From the NCBI RefSeq assembly GCF_032062105.1, contig NW_026935570.1:1-64000 (forward strand): a DNA stretch of 64,000 bases. The letters are read 5' to 3'. The notes under the pieces are model-generated. The model had not been told where the DNA came from. It searched no databases and saw only the letters and a program-made list of their open reading frames with translations. Within the stretch, counting starts at the first letter, position 1, and each line of letters begins with the position of its first letter. The DNA comes from Saccostrea cucullata. Lineage: Eukaryota. Position numbers and translations under genes: made by a program. Below are positions 12,205 through 22,959 of this stretch, piece after piece.

Positions 12205-13680
12205 TATCTCTTAAAAATAAATTAACTTAGTTTTCATATTTGTAATTCCAGATGAAAAAAAATCAATGTAAGCATTTATCATTTTAGGTTTACATCAATG
12301 TCCAGGTATAATTAAATATAATTCTTTAGAGAAAGAGAATTTCTTATTTATTTTATATTTGAAATAAGAAGACATCTAAAATAGTTTTTAAAATAATGAA
12401 ATATTTCAAAAAACCATAGTTTAAAATTAAAAAAAAATATTTAATATTTTCATATGAACAATTTAATATTTATGAGAAGAAAACAATTAAATATTTTATA
12501 TTATCCTAATAAGCATTATATACTATTTATTCAGCATATAGCTAAAACAGACTATAGCCTACCTGTAATTTATTTCTTTTGTTCTCCATCTGCACCCCAT
12601 TCCCACTTAGCCAACACCGACTTACCTGTGTTTTACCTGTATTTTTTCAAAATGTTGGCTAAGTGGGAAGACACCAGATTAACAGATTAACAGTCTACAG
12701 TATACCGACTTGTTAGACAATAGACCTTAATTAGGTGTCCCCCCGTCCCCGGTGTACCACAATCTCCTATGCAGAGTTGTCGTTCGTTCCTCTCTCAGAC
12801 ACCTCTGCAATGGGCTCACGTCAAAATTTTTGACATAACGTATAAAACGTGATATTTGCAGGATTGTTTCAAATTAAATGGATAGTTCTGGATTTATTTA
12901 TAAATATCTATCTCAAAACTCAGACATAAGCATAGAAAATGAATTATAATCAATTAAAACAAACGCACTATTTCTCGTGTTTATCACTGTGATATACGCG
13001 AGCAAACGACAGAGGTGAATGTATGAGCCGATGGTAGAGAGTGGGTGTACCAGTGAAAACTAACAGGAAACTATACATACACAACGTACACTGACAGATT
13101 TTGATGATCAATTATTTTTACAAAATTTAAATTTAACGCAAGCATATCACAAATGAAAAATTATGATTCATTGTAAAAGGACAATTATTTTGATACCCAT
13201 AATGATACAAAAAGAATATAAACTGAATATGATATTCTAAAAAATGTTTTTGTAAACATAGCCAGGTAACTCTTACGCGAGGATTGTCACTAAATTTTAG
13301 ACACAAAAAGCGTTAATATCTGCCGCATATTTAAAAAAAATCATCTTCCTTTCCCGATGATAGTTTTTTTGTGTTTTGTCTATAATTAATTTACATTTCA
13401 ATCATGATTTATTGCTCACATGTATTCATAAGTCTTCGAATAACGATGATAACAGAGTGAAGAATTCATTACAATCTAAACATGCTAAATGCCGAACTCA
13501 ACGGTTTAGAAATATTAATATGATATAAGCCTTTTAAAAAGATCCAGAAATAAAACTGTTTATAGTTTGATTGATAAATCAATTCAAGACTTTGGAAACG
13601 TTCAACAAAAAATAAAAACTTTTACAAGTCCAAAAAAATTTTGTGAAAAATAAAGGTTTAATATTTCACAAGAGAAGTAA

Positions 13681-13776
13681 GAGCGGCGGTAGCCTCGTGG
13701 TTAAGGCGGTGCCCCCAGAATCGGAAGGTCATGAGTTCGCGCCGTGCTTGTGGCGATTTTTTTTTTTTTTTTTTTT
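13681..13776 (+). ncRNA. tRNA-like Pol III unit inside the CACTA-like element
   Basis: A-box-like TAGCCTCGTGG, B-box-like GAGTTCGCGCC, followed by a 20-T run; not a canonical cloverleaf. Confidence 0.45.
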
Positions 13777-14231
13777 GAATTTTGAATTCATTCTTTTTAC
13801 TTATTTTTACCAAATCAAGATATGTGTGAACTCGACATATATATATTTTTTGATAAAATTTCACTATAAAAGTAATTTTTCACCCATAAAAACAGTATTA
13901 TCAACTGCGTAATGGTGGCTTAATGGTAGCTTAATGGAGTTTGGACATTAAGCACCTGTAAGTGTGCCTTAATGGTAGCTTAATGGTTACTTAATGGTGG
14001 TCTTAAAGCTACCATTAAGGACCTTTAAGCCACCATTAAGCTACCATTAAGCTACATTTAAGCACCATTAAGGACTTTGAAATGGCTTAATGGTAACTTA
14101 ATGGTGGTGTAAATGTTACTTAAAGGTGATTAATGGTGACTTAATGGTGACTTAAAGACAACCATTAAATCACCATTAAGGACCTATAAGCCACCATTAA
14201 ATCAGGCTTAAAGGATGTGTTTCATCTTGTG

Positions 14232-16535
14232 AAGATTCTCTGCATCATCTAGCAAGTTTTGAATGTGGCCAGGTAGACGCGCACTTTGCGTTGTCTCTTC
14301 ATTGTTTGAAGGTAATGTAGTTCTTATTGGCTCAAATACCCCTGCAACTGTCCCTTTATATACAACCAATGGATCATCATGTATATTGAGGAGCCTTAAT
14401 GGAACAGCACCGCCAGTGTCTGCAGATACCAGTGATCTGCCCATCATGGTTTTTGTCTTCTGGCTAAAAGTCTGGCATGGTTCCACCATCCCAAATAATG
14501 GTAATGGTCTCTTGCTGTCCCGATTTATCACATTTCCCATAACTATGCACTCACTTCTGGCTGGTATAACTGAAGTTTCATTAAGCGAAACTCTGCAACA
14601 TTGCATATTTTGCTCCAAATGAACATTTATCACTTCGTATTCGAACTTCAGGGTCATTGATTTAAGGTCCAGCATACATTTATGCTCAATCATGAAGTCT
14701 AGTCCTAAAACTCCAGATCCTCTAATTGCTGCTAAGACTGCTTCATGTTTTATAATCTTCTCTCCTATTCTAAATTCAAAAATTGTCGACCCTTTCGTTT
14801 CTAATGTCTTGCCATCTGTTAAAGTGAGTACATGGCGTGTTGCTTGTAATTTTGGCTGACTTGTCGAAGGAATAGCATCATATGCTTCATAAGATACTAT
14901 TGTAACAGAAACTCCAGAGTCTACTATGAAATTAGCGTCTACTCCATTTACATTGGTCGGGATATAGAGTCCAGAGTCTATTGATGTCAAGCAACCGCTC
15001 CTTATCTGGCAGGTTGGTACTGACGACTGGTCTGATTTCTTCTGTGTTGACTCTTGCTCATTATAGGCCTTTTTCTGTCTTTCTCTCTGTGGACACTCGC
15101 GGCTTATATGTCCCTTTTGATTGCAAGTAAAACGAACGATGTCATTTCTTGATGTTCGTTTGCCACCCTTACTTCGCTGTACTTGACTCCTCCATTGCAG
15201 CTGCTGTTGCATAAGCTGCTTCAATTCCTGGAGCTCCGACTTGAGTTTCTCGAGTTTTGTGCATTTGTCATCATTCCGCTTACTACAGTTTTCTGTATCT
15301 ACTTCTCTTACCATCTTATTCCATTTACCGGTTCTCTTTTCTTCTGCTCTCATACACGCATCAAGCTCCACTGCAATCTGTAATGTTTGATAAAAGGTCA
15401 CAGGCCGTGCACGCAGAATTTTCAAACGGACTTCAGACTCTGTCAGCAAGTTTAAAAATCTGTCTTTTGCTAACGTCTCTAACACCTCTTGTGGCGCCTT
15501 TGGGTAAGCCAAGGTGACTAGTTGTCTAACTGCTTGACCCAGCTCCAACAGTGATTCACCTGGTTTCCTCTGTCTCATTCGGAGCTCTGACTTGTATAGC
15601 TCTTCAATATTTGGTGGTGCAAATCGCTTTTCGAGTGCACTAACAAGTTCTTTGTAATTATCTTTCTTTTCTGAGCTTAAATTACTTAGGACTTGTTGTG
15701 CTGCGCCTCTTAGACTTACTGCCAAGAAAAGACATCTCTCTTTCTTGTTCCATTCGTTTAGTTCTGCGCAGTACTCAAAATGAACTTTTGAAATCCATCC
15801 ATGGTGATGTGTTATCTTTGGCCTGCGAAACTGTACACCTTTAGATATGCCTGGCGGTGAATCACGGTTTCTTTCTGCGTGTGCCAACTCTCGATCAGTA
15901 CTTTGATATCTCTCTGCAGATTTTGCCTTTGTCTCGGCGGCAATACCTTTGCCTATACTCTCTTCGCTTGATCTTTCTACCGCTTTGGCGTCTGTCACCT
16001 TCTTGAAATCTTCTTGTAATCGTACAACTTCATTTAATGTCGCTACTAGATCTTCCTGTAACATTTCTATAGATTGCTTATTCGTCTGTACTGTTACATC
16101 TTCTTTCTTGTCTTGATTACTTGTAGATAATTTAAAAGATGTCATTCGTCCTGATTTTGTCTTTGACTTCGCTGAGATTGGATATCCATTATCCTAATAT
16201 TCTGTTGGATCCAGGAACGATCCGTCCAGAACCGGCGTTTGACCTCTTGATCCAAGTATACCTCTCGGCGTACGACTATCATGCAGCGTGTGCAACATGC
16301 TCGCACCTCTTTGCGAACGCATTTCCTCAGGCAAACGCGCATCTTCACTTGGTCCCTTGCCCGCAAAATAAAGATTCTCAAAATCCCATGATAACCTTGG
16401 AGGACTCTCTTCTTCCACCGTCTTAACATCTGCGGTATCTTCAATGCCAGAGTCGCGCATTGGTTTCCGTCTTGTGCGCCGCTTCGCTATATTACTCCAA
16501 TTCTGTTTTTCTTTTTCTTCGCCTCCCGATGCCAT
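14232..16535 (-). pseudogene. Gypsy 1 gag-protease
   Basis: ATG at 16535; frameshift near 16150-16195; gag core (LAVSLRGAAQ, QRKPGESL); degenerate knuckle RFTCNQKGHISREC; protease IVDSG and LGLDFM. Confidence 0.92.
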
Positions 16536-16561
16536 TTTGTATCAAGGCTGATTGTTTCCAT

Positions 16562-16578
16562 TCCCGACGCTGCCACCA
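16562..16578 (-). promoter_or_regulatory. Primer-binding site, tRNA-Leu-like
   Basis: TGGTGGCAGCGTCGGGA starts 2 nt after the 5' LTR. Confidence 0.75.
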
Positions 16579-16580
16579 AT

Positions 16581-17037
16581 TGTTAAGGGGTTCTTTTGAT
16601 TTCTAACTTCTTGGAATGAAAAGATGTTGTAATTTTTATATAATTTATTGGAAGTCTATCCGTCATCAATTGTAAACATATGGCGTCAGCAAGGCACAGC
16701 ATAGATTAATTTGTCTCCTTATTCAGGATGTATAATACATGTATTTCCTTATTCGGGAACGTTTGCCTTATTCAGGACTTTCTATCTATGTATTTCCTTA
16801 TCCAAGAACTATGGTTTTTATTCAGAACCACGCGAACCAACCGACTAACAAATTAACAAAAATCATGGTTTATATAAAAGTATAATGATCACGTGATTAA
16901 AGCGACATCTATACATTACAACAAAAATGATAATCAAGACATACATTAAACATTAAAAGTTATTAAACATACTGGTATTATTTATAAAATCACAAAAAGC
17001 ATTATTTTAAAAGTCTCTATTTATAAAGTCCATAACA
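16581..17037 (-). repeat. Gypsy 1 5' LTR (457 bp)
   Basis: Direct repeat of 4181-4639; PBS adjacent. Confidence 0.97.
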
Positions 17038-17992
17038 GTACTAACCGGCGTCGAACTGAAACAGGAAATTGACTTGTTCTCCATCTTCGTAATAAATAAG
17101 TGGTATGATGTCATACCAAGGAGCTGTAAAACGTATGATACAAAGTTGATCCGGGACGTCAGGGAAATGTACTCGAATACGTTTTCTTGGACCATGCCAT
17201 AGTATACTACCAGAGGTGCAAGTCGTATTCTTTGTTTGTATATCCTGAGTTAGAGGATCGTGATATCCCCTTTAACAATAGACATAAATAATCTTAACTA
17301 TTTTACTTACATATAAAATTTCAATTTAAATAGAACACGTGTTACGTAAAAAAGTTACTTTATTAAACACTTTTCAGTATAAACAGTCAAAGAACAGGAT
17401 TCATTTACAATTGAAGAATATATGAATATAATGACGAAAGTATATCGTTTAAACCTGATATTTTTTTAATTAAACAATAGATTTTTTTCATAAATATGAT
17501 GTGGACAACCTAAATATACAGCTGTACTCACCAAAACTCGACCGTACATAAATCACGGTTCCCTAAATGAAATAAGTGAAATGCTGTAGAAAATCCAGCT
17601 AGAATTAGCAGGGAGACGGTCGTATACAGCATACTTGACAATAAGTCCGAATTACACTCGGTGATATCAGATAAATAACAAGTTGACGATAATCTGACTT
17701 TTTATCAATTTATCATCGGGTTAAACTATTATTTGATTTAAAATTTGTTTACTGTTTATGTATTAATATAACTGCATGTGTATCGGGTACGATGTCATGT
17801 ATTTGAAAATAATGATTAAATCAGTCTTTGTATGTCAGTTAAAGTACTTTTATTTTCAAAAGTTTCCTCCTTTCATCTTCCGTTTGTCATATACCAAAAA
17901 ATTTATTGTTTGGACATATGTTATATTATTGTGATAATTAAATTAATACATTAAATAAGTTGAAGAATACTAACATAGTATAAATGAGATTA

Positions 17993-18202
17993 ATCTCAAG
18001 AACCACTGGACCAGAAAAGCTAAAATTTATATAGAATTAGCATCCTAAAGTACATGTACATGCAGTGTAGATTCTAAATTGTTGAAATCATGACCCCTTG
18101 GGGGTATGGTGGGGCCACAATAGGTCACAAAGGGGTACATCTGGTAAAGAACAGCACAGCCAAAGCTACTCAGGCACCGATGTGGCCCATGGGCCTCTTG
18201 TT
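17993..18202 (+). mobile_element. Truncated HINE-like element, same family as 1419-2202
   Basis: One repeat unit plus the 3' end gatgtggcccatgggcctcttgtt. Confidence 0.65.
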
Positions 18203-18354
18203 GGTATTTTTCATTAATTTGCCTATAAGTGAGCACATTTTTATTCCATTTAAGGACAGATGATACCAACTTTTGTTTAAAAAAATGAATTAAATAACAA
18301 CTTCGGTCATGTTTAAATGAGTAAAATGAATAACTTTCACCGCAGGTTTTTGAT

Positions 18355-19737
18355 TTTTATACCCCCCGCAAACGAAGTTTTGGGGGGTATATAGGAATCA
18401 CCTTGTTCGTACGTCCGTCCTTCCGTCCTTCCGTCTGTCCAGCTGTCCGTCTGTCCGTCTTTTTTACGGAGGAACATTAGAATCTACTACTCCACACAAA
18501 GATTGCCCATGACGTAAGAATGTGTCATGACCTTGACCCAAGGTCATTTGGGGAAGTTCAAGGTCACTGGAAGAAAAATTTCATAATTCGTGTCCGGTTC
18601 ATATCTTTCTTATGGATAAACTTGGTGGGTTCTAATTTCACACAAAGATTGCTTGTAACTTAAGGGTGTGTCATGACCTTGACTCAAGGTCATTTGAGGA
18701 AGTTTAAGGCCACTAGAAGAAAAAAATTCATAATTCGTGTCCGGTCCATATCTTTCTTATGAATAAACTTGGTGGGTTCTAATTTCACACAAACATTGCT
18801 TATAACTTAAGGGTGTGTCATGACCTTGAACCAGGGTCATTTGGGAAAGTTAAAGGTCACTGGAAGAAAAAAATTCATAATTCGTGTCCGGTCCATATCT
18901 TTCTTATGGATAAACTTGGTAAGTTCTCATTTCACACAAAGATTGCTCACTACCTAAGGATGTGTCATGACCTTGGGTCAAGGTCATTTGGGCAAGTTCA
19001 AGGTCAGATTGCACATAACTTAGGAGTGTGTCATGACCTTGACCCAAGGTCATTTGGGGAAGATCAAGGTCACTGAAAGAAAAAAATTCATAATTTGTGG
19101 CCAGTCCATATCTTTCTTATGGATAAACTTGGTAGGTTTTCATTTCACACAAAGATTTCTCCTGACCTAAGAATGTGTCATGACCTTGGGTCAAGGTCAT
19201 TTGGGGATGTTCAAGGTCACTGGAAGAAAAGTTCTATAATTCGTGTCTGGTCCATATCTTTCTTATGGATAAACTTGGTTAGTTCTCATTTCACACAGAG
19301 ATTGCTCAGTACCTAAGGATGTGTTATGACCTTGGGTCAAGGTCATTTGGGTAAGCTCAAGGTCACTGGAAGAAAAATTTTATAATTTGTGGCCAGTCCA
19401 TATCGTTTTTTATTACGGAAAAACTTGAATCTACTACTTCACACAAACATTGCTTTTGACCTGAGGTTGTGTCATGACTTTGAACCAAGGTCATTTATGC
19501 ATGTTCAAGGTCACTGACAGAAAAAGTTCATAATTCGTGTCTGGTCCGTATATTTAGTCTAATTTCTTTATTAGGCTGCACGTTCGTTTCATTTATAAAA
19601 AATATAATGAGCAATTACATTTGCACTAAAAATGTTTTAGCATTTTTATCTTCTCTTAGATCCATAAAATATTCATGATTTAGCAATTCTGAAAAACCCA
19701 GCGTGGGGTATATTGTCCCGTTTGGACAGTTCTAGTT
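18355..19737 (+). mobile_element. HINE-like element with (GTCC)n and ~130-140-bp tandem repeats
   Basis: Head ttttataccccccgc...ggggggtata, gtcc microsatellite, about 8 units containing gtcatgaccttgacccaaggtcat, tail ending ctagtt. Confidence 0.8.
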
Positions 19738-20164
19738 TATTCAAATTTTCACAAAAAATAGAATTTGAAGTGAGAAATGTTTGTACAGATTAATAAGCAT
19801 GGTTTCAGAAGGGCAGACTTTTGAACATCACAGAATTTTACAATTTCTTTATATTCTAGGAATTTATTATTTGCATCAATAGCAATGAAATTAGGCTAAA
19901 AAATATATACCAATCCAGGCATCCATTTTTTTGCATCATCTGTCCCTAAGTATGATGAACACCCAGTATTGCTTCAATATTTGCATGGTACAAAGTTTGT
20001 ATTGATAACAGGACAAAGGTTCTCTCATGAACTAGCCACATATTCATATCAACATTTACTATTACACATGTATTGTAATTAGAGTTCTCATAGAGTTGTC
20101 TTCTCCAGACTTGAGGTCAGGCAGCATTAAGAAACAGGTCAATCTTGTTTTCTATATGATATTG

Positions 20165-20490
20165 CAATCACAACTTCAGGGGTCTTTCCGACTAGCGGAA
20201 AAAAAGACTCGAATGTATATGGTAGACGCCATGACAACCCTCCCTTTTCATGATCTTTGAAATAAATGCATGGAGACCTTTTATCTGTGGAATATGGAGT
20301 TTAACTTTATTTAATGTACATGTAATGATATTACCTAAATAAATACCCTACAAGGGACTTCTAACTCCGTCTATCCTATATATTTGAATAAACAGGAAAT
20401 GTATAAAATTTTAAGATCCGGTAATGTTAATACATTCGAGGTACTTTTCCGATCTCTGACGGAAAGACCCGAGATGATGCAATTGTATTC
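20165..20490. mobile_element. MITE with GGGTCTTTCCG subterminal inverted repeats
   Basis: atgatattg duplicated at 20156-20164 and 20491-20499; absent from the paralogous site near 31408. Confidence 0.65.
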
Positions 20491-20604
20491 ATGATATTGT
20501 TGACTATTTTTGTATGAAGGAATTATGCAACCAAAAACACGACTTTGTTTTAATGTTTCTGAACACCCATGATTGCTTCAATATTTGCATGGTACAAAGT
20601 TTTT

Positions 20605-20885
20605 TTTTTAGCTCTACTGGTCAGAGACCAGAAGAGCTTAATATGCGATTGTAAGGTGTCCGTCGTCCGTCCGTCCGTCTTGCTGTCCGTCTGCCTGTAA
20701 ATAATTTTTCAAAATGCAACTCCTCCTACAGTTTTGGTTTGATTTCAACATGTAACTTGGCACACAAGTAGACTACACTAAGATACATAATTTAGTGCAT
20801 CGGTTTTTGATTTCGATGAACGGTGTTGCCGTGGTAACTAAAATAGAAATTTCTGTGAAATTCCTCTAAAACGCTACTCCTCCTA
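20605..20885 (+). mobile_element. 5' fragment of a HINE-like element
   Basis: ttttagctctactggtcagagaccagaagagc hairpin followed by (GTCC)n. Confidence 0.55.
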
Positions 20886-21613
20886 TTACCAGTACTTTAC
20901 GTAATTTGGCTATTATTTTAGGTTGCAATCTCCCATTTCTATTTTTCTTAACTGCAGAATAGCATTGTTCATATAATGTCTCTGTATATTGCTGTTGAAG
21001 TTGACATTCAGTGAAATAAGTGTACAAATGTGTTTCCTTCTTGTAAATGATTCAATGTGATTAATTCTGTTACCTGAAAATGAATATTTTGTGTATTCCG
21101 TTTATCTGCGGAGGAAAATTATCTCAGAATTATTTTAATATGCATTTATGATTTTTGCAGAACTATTCAGCTTACATTATGAACATACCTCTTTCTTTTA
21201 AAGAATGGGCATTTATTTATTCAGTTCATTCTGTAAATTAAAATGTGATAAATATTGATGCTTGCAAATCAAAAACATTTTCAGAGAGAGCTTGCTGCGC
21301 TTCAAAAACTACAGATCTGTTTAAAGTTATGAATTTAACTACACTTTAAGCTTGAATTAAAAATCTAATATGAGGAAATAATCTCGTCGTGATATTTACA
21401 GATTGTTATGTGTAAACATGCACAAAGGGTATAAAATTATTAACTGTTTTTACTTGTTGAATTTGAAATGAAACTTTGATTCATCATAACTTATTTCTTT
21501 AATTAAACAATCAAACTTTTAAGAACTTCAGTGAGGTAAACTATTATATATATCTCTTTATTGACCTAAAATCAAAATATTATTACTGCAAGTCACAGAT
21601 TTCAAGAGAGAAA

Positions 21614-22575
21614 TTTTTAGGTCACCTGAGTAAACTCAGGTGACCTATTGCTATGGACAGGTCGTCGTGCGTCGTGCAGTGTGTGTTAACATTTGAACAT
21701 TTTCAGCTTCTTCTCTGCAACCACTGAACCAATTTCAACCAAAACTGGCATAATGCATCTATGGGTAAAGAAGAACAAAAATTTTGAATTTCATGATCCC
21801 TACCCCTTGGAGCCTGAGGGGTGGGGCCAAAAACGCTAAAATTAATGCAATCTTTAAATATCTTCTTCTTTACTCCTGCGCACCAAACAGTCAAACTGTT
21901 AGCATAATTGTAATAAGCATTGAGTCCTCTACCAAAATTGTGAAATTCATGGCCCTGGGGTCAGAGGTTCTAATGCTAGGGCGGGGCTAAAATGAATACA
22001 TAGTAAAATGCAGTATTTCTTTGAAAATCTTTTTCTCTGCTTCTTGGTATTAAATAAAACAATAAAGTACAAAGTTATGATGAGCAAGAGTGCCTCTTCC
22101 AAAATTGTGAATTTTATGGCCCCAGGGTCAGGGGATCTGGTGTTAGGGTGGGGCTCTATTGATTATGTGGTGAAAATATATTAAATCTATGAAAAATTTC
22201 TTCTCTGCTTCTGGGTATTAAGCAGATGAACTACCTATACAGTTATAAAGAGCAAGGGCCCTTTTTCTAGAATTGTGGATTTCAAGGCCCCAGGGTCAGG
22301 GGTACCATAGGGGGGGCTCTATTGATTCTATAGTCAAAATGCATTAATTTTTTGAAAATCTTCTTCTCTGCTTCTGGATATTAAATAAACTAACTAAGTA
22401 CATAGTTGTTATGAGCATTAGTGCCTCTACCAAAAATTTTGAATTATTTGGTCTCTTGATCAGGGGTTCTGGTGTTAGGGCGGGGCTCTATTGATTATAT
22501 AGTGAAATACATTAATTCTTTGAAAATCTTCTTCTCTGCTTCTTGGTATTAAATAAAACAACTAACTACATAGAG
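21614..22575 (+). mobile_element. HINE-like element with ~165-bp repeats, 3' truncated
   Basis: ttttaggtcacctgagtaaactcaggtgacct head; about 5 units containing gaaaatcttcttctctgcttct and ggggtcagggg. Confidence 0.7.
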
Positions 22576-22959
22576 ATGACTTCTACAAACAAACAAACCA
22601 TGCATATATAAACCTAACATAGATTTTGATACTAGTATACATATGAGACAGGTTTTCAAAAAAAATAAATAATAATAAAATTTGATACCACAATAAATGA
22701 AAAATGATAACTTAGTGGAAAAAGGTTATATTTTGTATAATTTTATTTATTCAATGTGCATGTTTATTGTCTTATTTTGAATTACAAGAAAGCTTCTTAG
22801 TGGTAAAACGACTTCATCCAAAAATGTTGGCTTTGTCATTGTAAAAGTTTAAGATTTCTTATCATCATTTTGATCTTTTATCAACCATGACTTTAAATCA
22901 GTGTGCCTGACATGTATTTCAAATTTAAATAAAGATAACTCTCAGTGGAGTACGACATA

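Larger units (their letters stand above)
8756..12675 (+). mobile_element. MULE (Mutator-like) DNA transposon
   Basis: TIR TTCCCACTTAGCCAACATTTTGAAAAA at 8761 and inverted at 12642-12669; AGATTAAC TSD at 8748-8755 and 12676-12683; contains a MULE transposase. Confidence 0.85.
7722..14231. mobile_element. CACTA/EnSpm-like DNA element with CACAAG termini and subterminal repeat arrays
   Basis: Imperfect TIR CACAAGA(C/T)GAAA...CCTTTAAGC; AAG TSD at 7719-7721 and 14232-14234; many cttaatggt(g/a)g repeats at both ends. Removing it restores the Gypsy frame DAENL|SPSQRKQAESF. Superfamily is inferred. Confidence 0.85.
4181..17037 (-). mobile_element. Ty3/Gypsy LTR retrotransposon 1 (defective, interrupted by nested insertions)
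   Basis: Two TG..CA LTRs; GTAC TSD at 4177-4180 and 17038-17041; PBS and PPT present; order gag-PR-RT-RH-INT plus an extra 3' ORF. Confidence 0.97.

Noticed and set aside
7739-14214. TTAA-flanked (piggyBac/Kolobok-style) boundaries for the inserted element
   Set aside because: The inverted repeat extends out to CACAAG, and the AAG TSD there restores the Gypsy frame without a frameshift.
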